A stretch of DNA of 64,000 nt from Patescibacteria group bacterium (GTDB taxonomy: Bacteria; Patescibacteriota; WWE3; UBA101185; UBA10185): contig JBHPHX010000001.1 in NCBI GenBank assembly GCA_042571515.1, forward strand, positions 9,508 to 73,507, given 5' to 3'. A program made the translations under genes and the position numbers. A model generated the notes under the pieces. It did not search any database. It was not told the origin of the DNA and saw only the letters and a list, made by a program, of their open reading frames with translations. Below are positions 62,562-64,000 of the stretch, in pieces. Numbering within the stretch: the first letter of the stretch is position 1; every line of letters begins with the position of its first letter.

Positions 62562-63179
62562 ATGACTATAGATAAGGCTATTTCTCAAGTTAAAAACAGA
62601 ACAAAAAGTAAATTTGATGCCACTGTTGAGGTACACATAAATTTAAACGTTGATTCAAAAAAGCAAGATCAAATGGTTAGATTTAGCACAGTTCTCCCTC
62701 ACGGAACTGGCAAATCAAAGGTTGTGGCTACCATGGCCTCTAAAGATATTCCAAATGCAGACATAAACCTTACCGAAGCAGACATAGGAAAAATTGAGAA
62801 GGGCACACTAAAACCTGGAAGGGACTTTGACGTCATAGTAACCGAACCTAAATTCATGTCAAAAATAGCCGGGGTGGCAAAGATTTTAGGACCGGCTGGC
62901 GTTATGCCCAATCCCAAAAACGGCACCGTAACAGAAGACGTTAAAAAAGCAGTGGAAAATTTCAAAAAAGGTCAGGTCGAAATTAGAACAGAGCAACTGG
63001 TTCCAATAATTCATACTATTATTGGCAAGGTCTCCTTCAAAGAGGAGGAGCTTGTGGAAAACTTCAACGGTTTAATAAAGGCACTGGAACAAAATAAGCC
63101 TCAAGGGGCCGGGCCCGACTTTATAAAAACGGTCTTTGTATGCTCAACAATGGGTAAATCTATTCAAGTAGATCTCTAA
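62562..63179 (+). CDS. rplA: 50S ribosomal protein L1
   Basis: VEVHINLNVD...RFSTVLPHGTGK. secE-nusG-rplK-rplA order. Confidence 0.9.
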   Translation: MTIDKAISQVKNRTKSKFDATVEVHINLNVDSKKQDQMVRFSTVLPHGTGKSKVVATMASKDIPNADINLTEADIGKIEKGTLKPGRDFDVIVTEPKFMSKIAGVAKILGPAGVMPNPKNGTVTEDVKKAVENFKKGQVEIRTEQLVPIIHTIIGKVSFKEEELVENFNGLIKALEQNKPQGAGPDFIKTVFVCSTMGKSIQVDL

Positions 63180-63503
63180 TTAAAGCTCCAGATACACATC
63201 CACCTTATCAGATTTTATTGCCAAAACTCCTTTTTCTAGTTCATACTTTTTTTCTGATTGCCTATTCTTATCAACAATAACGTAATTTTTAATTAGGGTT
63301 ATAAAGTTAGCATGGTGTGGTAATACATCAAACTCCCCTACGTCATTTGTAGAAGTTACTGTATAGGCATGCCCTTTAAAAAAGGTCTCTTTTTTGCTAT
63401 GAATTGTGATTTCTAAGTAGTCTCTATTTTTTGGCACTTGGTATATCCTGTGAACCTCCAATAAACAAGAACTTATCTGCTGAAGCCTTGTCATATTTTC
63501 CAC
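63180..63503 (-). CDS. atpC: F0F1 ATP synthase subunit epsilon
   Basis: GEFDVLPHHANFITLIKNYVIV. Directly downstream of atpD. Confidence 0.75.
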   Translation of the reverse strand: MENMTRLQQISSCLLEVHRIYQVPKNRDYLEITIHSKKETFFKGHAYTVTSTNDVGEFDVLPHHANFITLIKNYVIVDKNRQSEKKYELEKGVLAIKSDKVDVYLEL

Positions 63504-64000
63504 TAAGTATATTTTTCACGCCTTCAAGGGTATCTTTTAATGGAACGTACACACCCTCTCTTCCGGTCTGCTCAGCAGCAACAAAAAAACTTTGTGTCAT
63601 AAAGTTTCTTATTTTAGCAGCCCTTTGGTAGGCTACCTTGTCATCTACTGAAAGTTCCGACTCTCCTACTAAAGAAACTATTCTGTCTAGAAGCTGTGCC
63701 TTTTTTAATATGCTCTGTGTATTTATCACAATCTGATAATGTTCTTCAGATACTGTCTTGGGATTCAGGGCACTTGACCCAGAGGCCAACAAATCTATAG
63801 CAGGAAAGATTCCTTTTTGATAAATATCTCTAGACATCACCACAGAGGAGTCTAAATAACCAAATACGCTTTGGACACCTTGGTCTAAAATATCATCGGC
63901 TGGCAAGTATACAGCCTCGATTGTAGTTATATTTGCTTTTTGAGTCGAAACCAGTCTTTCCTGCAAATTAGCAATTTCGGAATATAGTGTGGCTTGGTAC
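63424..64000 (-). CDS. atpD: F0F1 ATP synthase subunit beta, C-terminal part (gene continues beyond the window)
   Basis: TTIEAVYLPADDILDQGVQSVFGYLDSSVVMSRDIYQKGIFPAIDLLAS matches the beta-subunit C-terminal region. Confidence 0.85.
   Translation of the reverse strand, partial: YQATLYSEIANLQERLVSTQKANITTIEAVYLPADDILDQGVQSVFGYLDSSVVMSRDIYQKGIFPAIDLLASGSSALNPKTVSEEHYQIVINTQSILKKAQLLDRIVSLVGESELSVDDKVAYQRAAKIRNFMTQSFFVAAEQTGREGVYVPLKDTLEGVKNILSGKYDKASADKFLFIGGSQDIPSAKK

Noticed and set aside
1-64000. Alternative genetic code (UGA=Gly, as in Gracilibacteria/Absconditabacteria)
   Set aside because: Long housekeeping ORFs (topA, dnaX, PBP2, P-type ATPase) are uninterrupted under the standard code. 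No tRNA with a UCA anticodon was seen, and all three CCA tRNAs are ordinary Trp-type.
1-64000. CRISPR array
   Set aside because: No series of regularly spaced direct repeats of 24-40 bp was seen. The only short tandem repeats are the tRNA-Leu 3'-end copies and the REP-like palindromes.

Overview
This 64-kb window is a gene-dense stretch of bacterial chromosome with low GC content, read with the standard genetic code (long ORFs contain no in-frame TGA). The gene content is consistent with a reduced-genome bacterium, possibly of the Candidate Phyla Radiation; that placement is an inference (short EF-Ts, many tiny zinc-ribbon ORFs, compact operons). Core genes recognised from motifs are ruvC, yebC, efp, dnaB, hisS, rpmE, prfA, ctpA, rpsF-ssb-rpsR, ychF, cysS, recR, dnaX, pth, ybeY, rpsU, rseP, frr, tsf, rpsB, topA, mrdA, mreBCD, def, fmt, rpmB, pcm, murA, nrnA, secE-nusG-rplK-rplA and atpC-atpD (atpD partial at the window end). 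RNA genes are tRNA-Leu(CAA), a Thr-Tyr-Thr tRNA cluster, two canonical tRNA-Trp(CCA) genes, one irregular CCA tRNA-like gene and one 67-nt non-canonical tRNA-like element. The main accessory or unusual features are: (1) a Xer-family tyrosine recombinase with a dif-like 28-bp palindromic site about 300 bp upstream of it; (2) a C11A9 homopolymer tract in the promoter/5'UTR of a Stf0-like sulfotransferase; (3) a module of a TPR protein, a coiled-coil protein, an 840-aa membrane-anchored HerA/VirB4/TraG-like P-loop ATPase and a LytR_C membrane protein; (4) tandem direct repeats of the tRNA-Leu 3' end (integration scars) beside two tandem paralogous small proteins; (5) an IS200/RAYT-type Y1 (HUH) transposase with palindromic REP-like repeats, plus a solo copy elsewhere; (6) an E. 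coli-type A_AAA_AAG -1 frameshift site in dnaX; (7) several promoter/hairpin/terminator units and ORF-free structured regions that are candidate small RNAs. No CRISPR array was seen.
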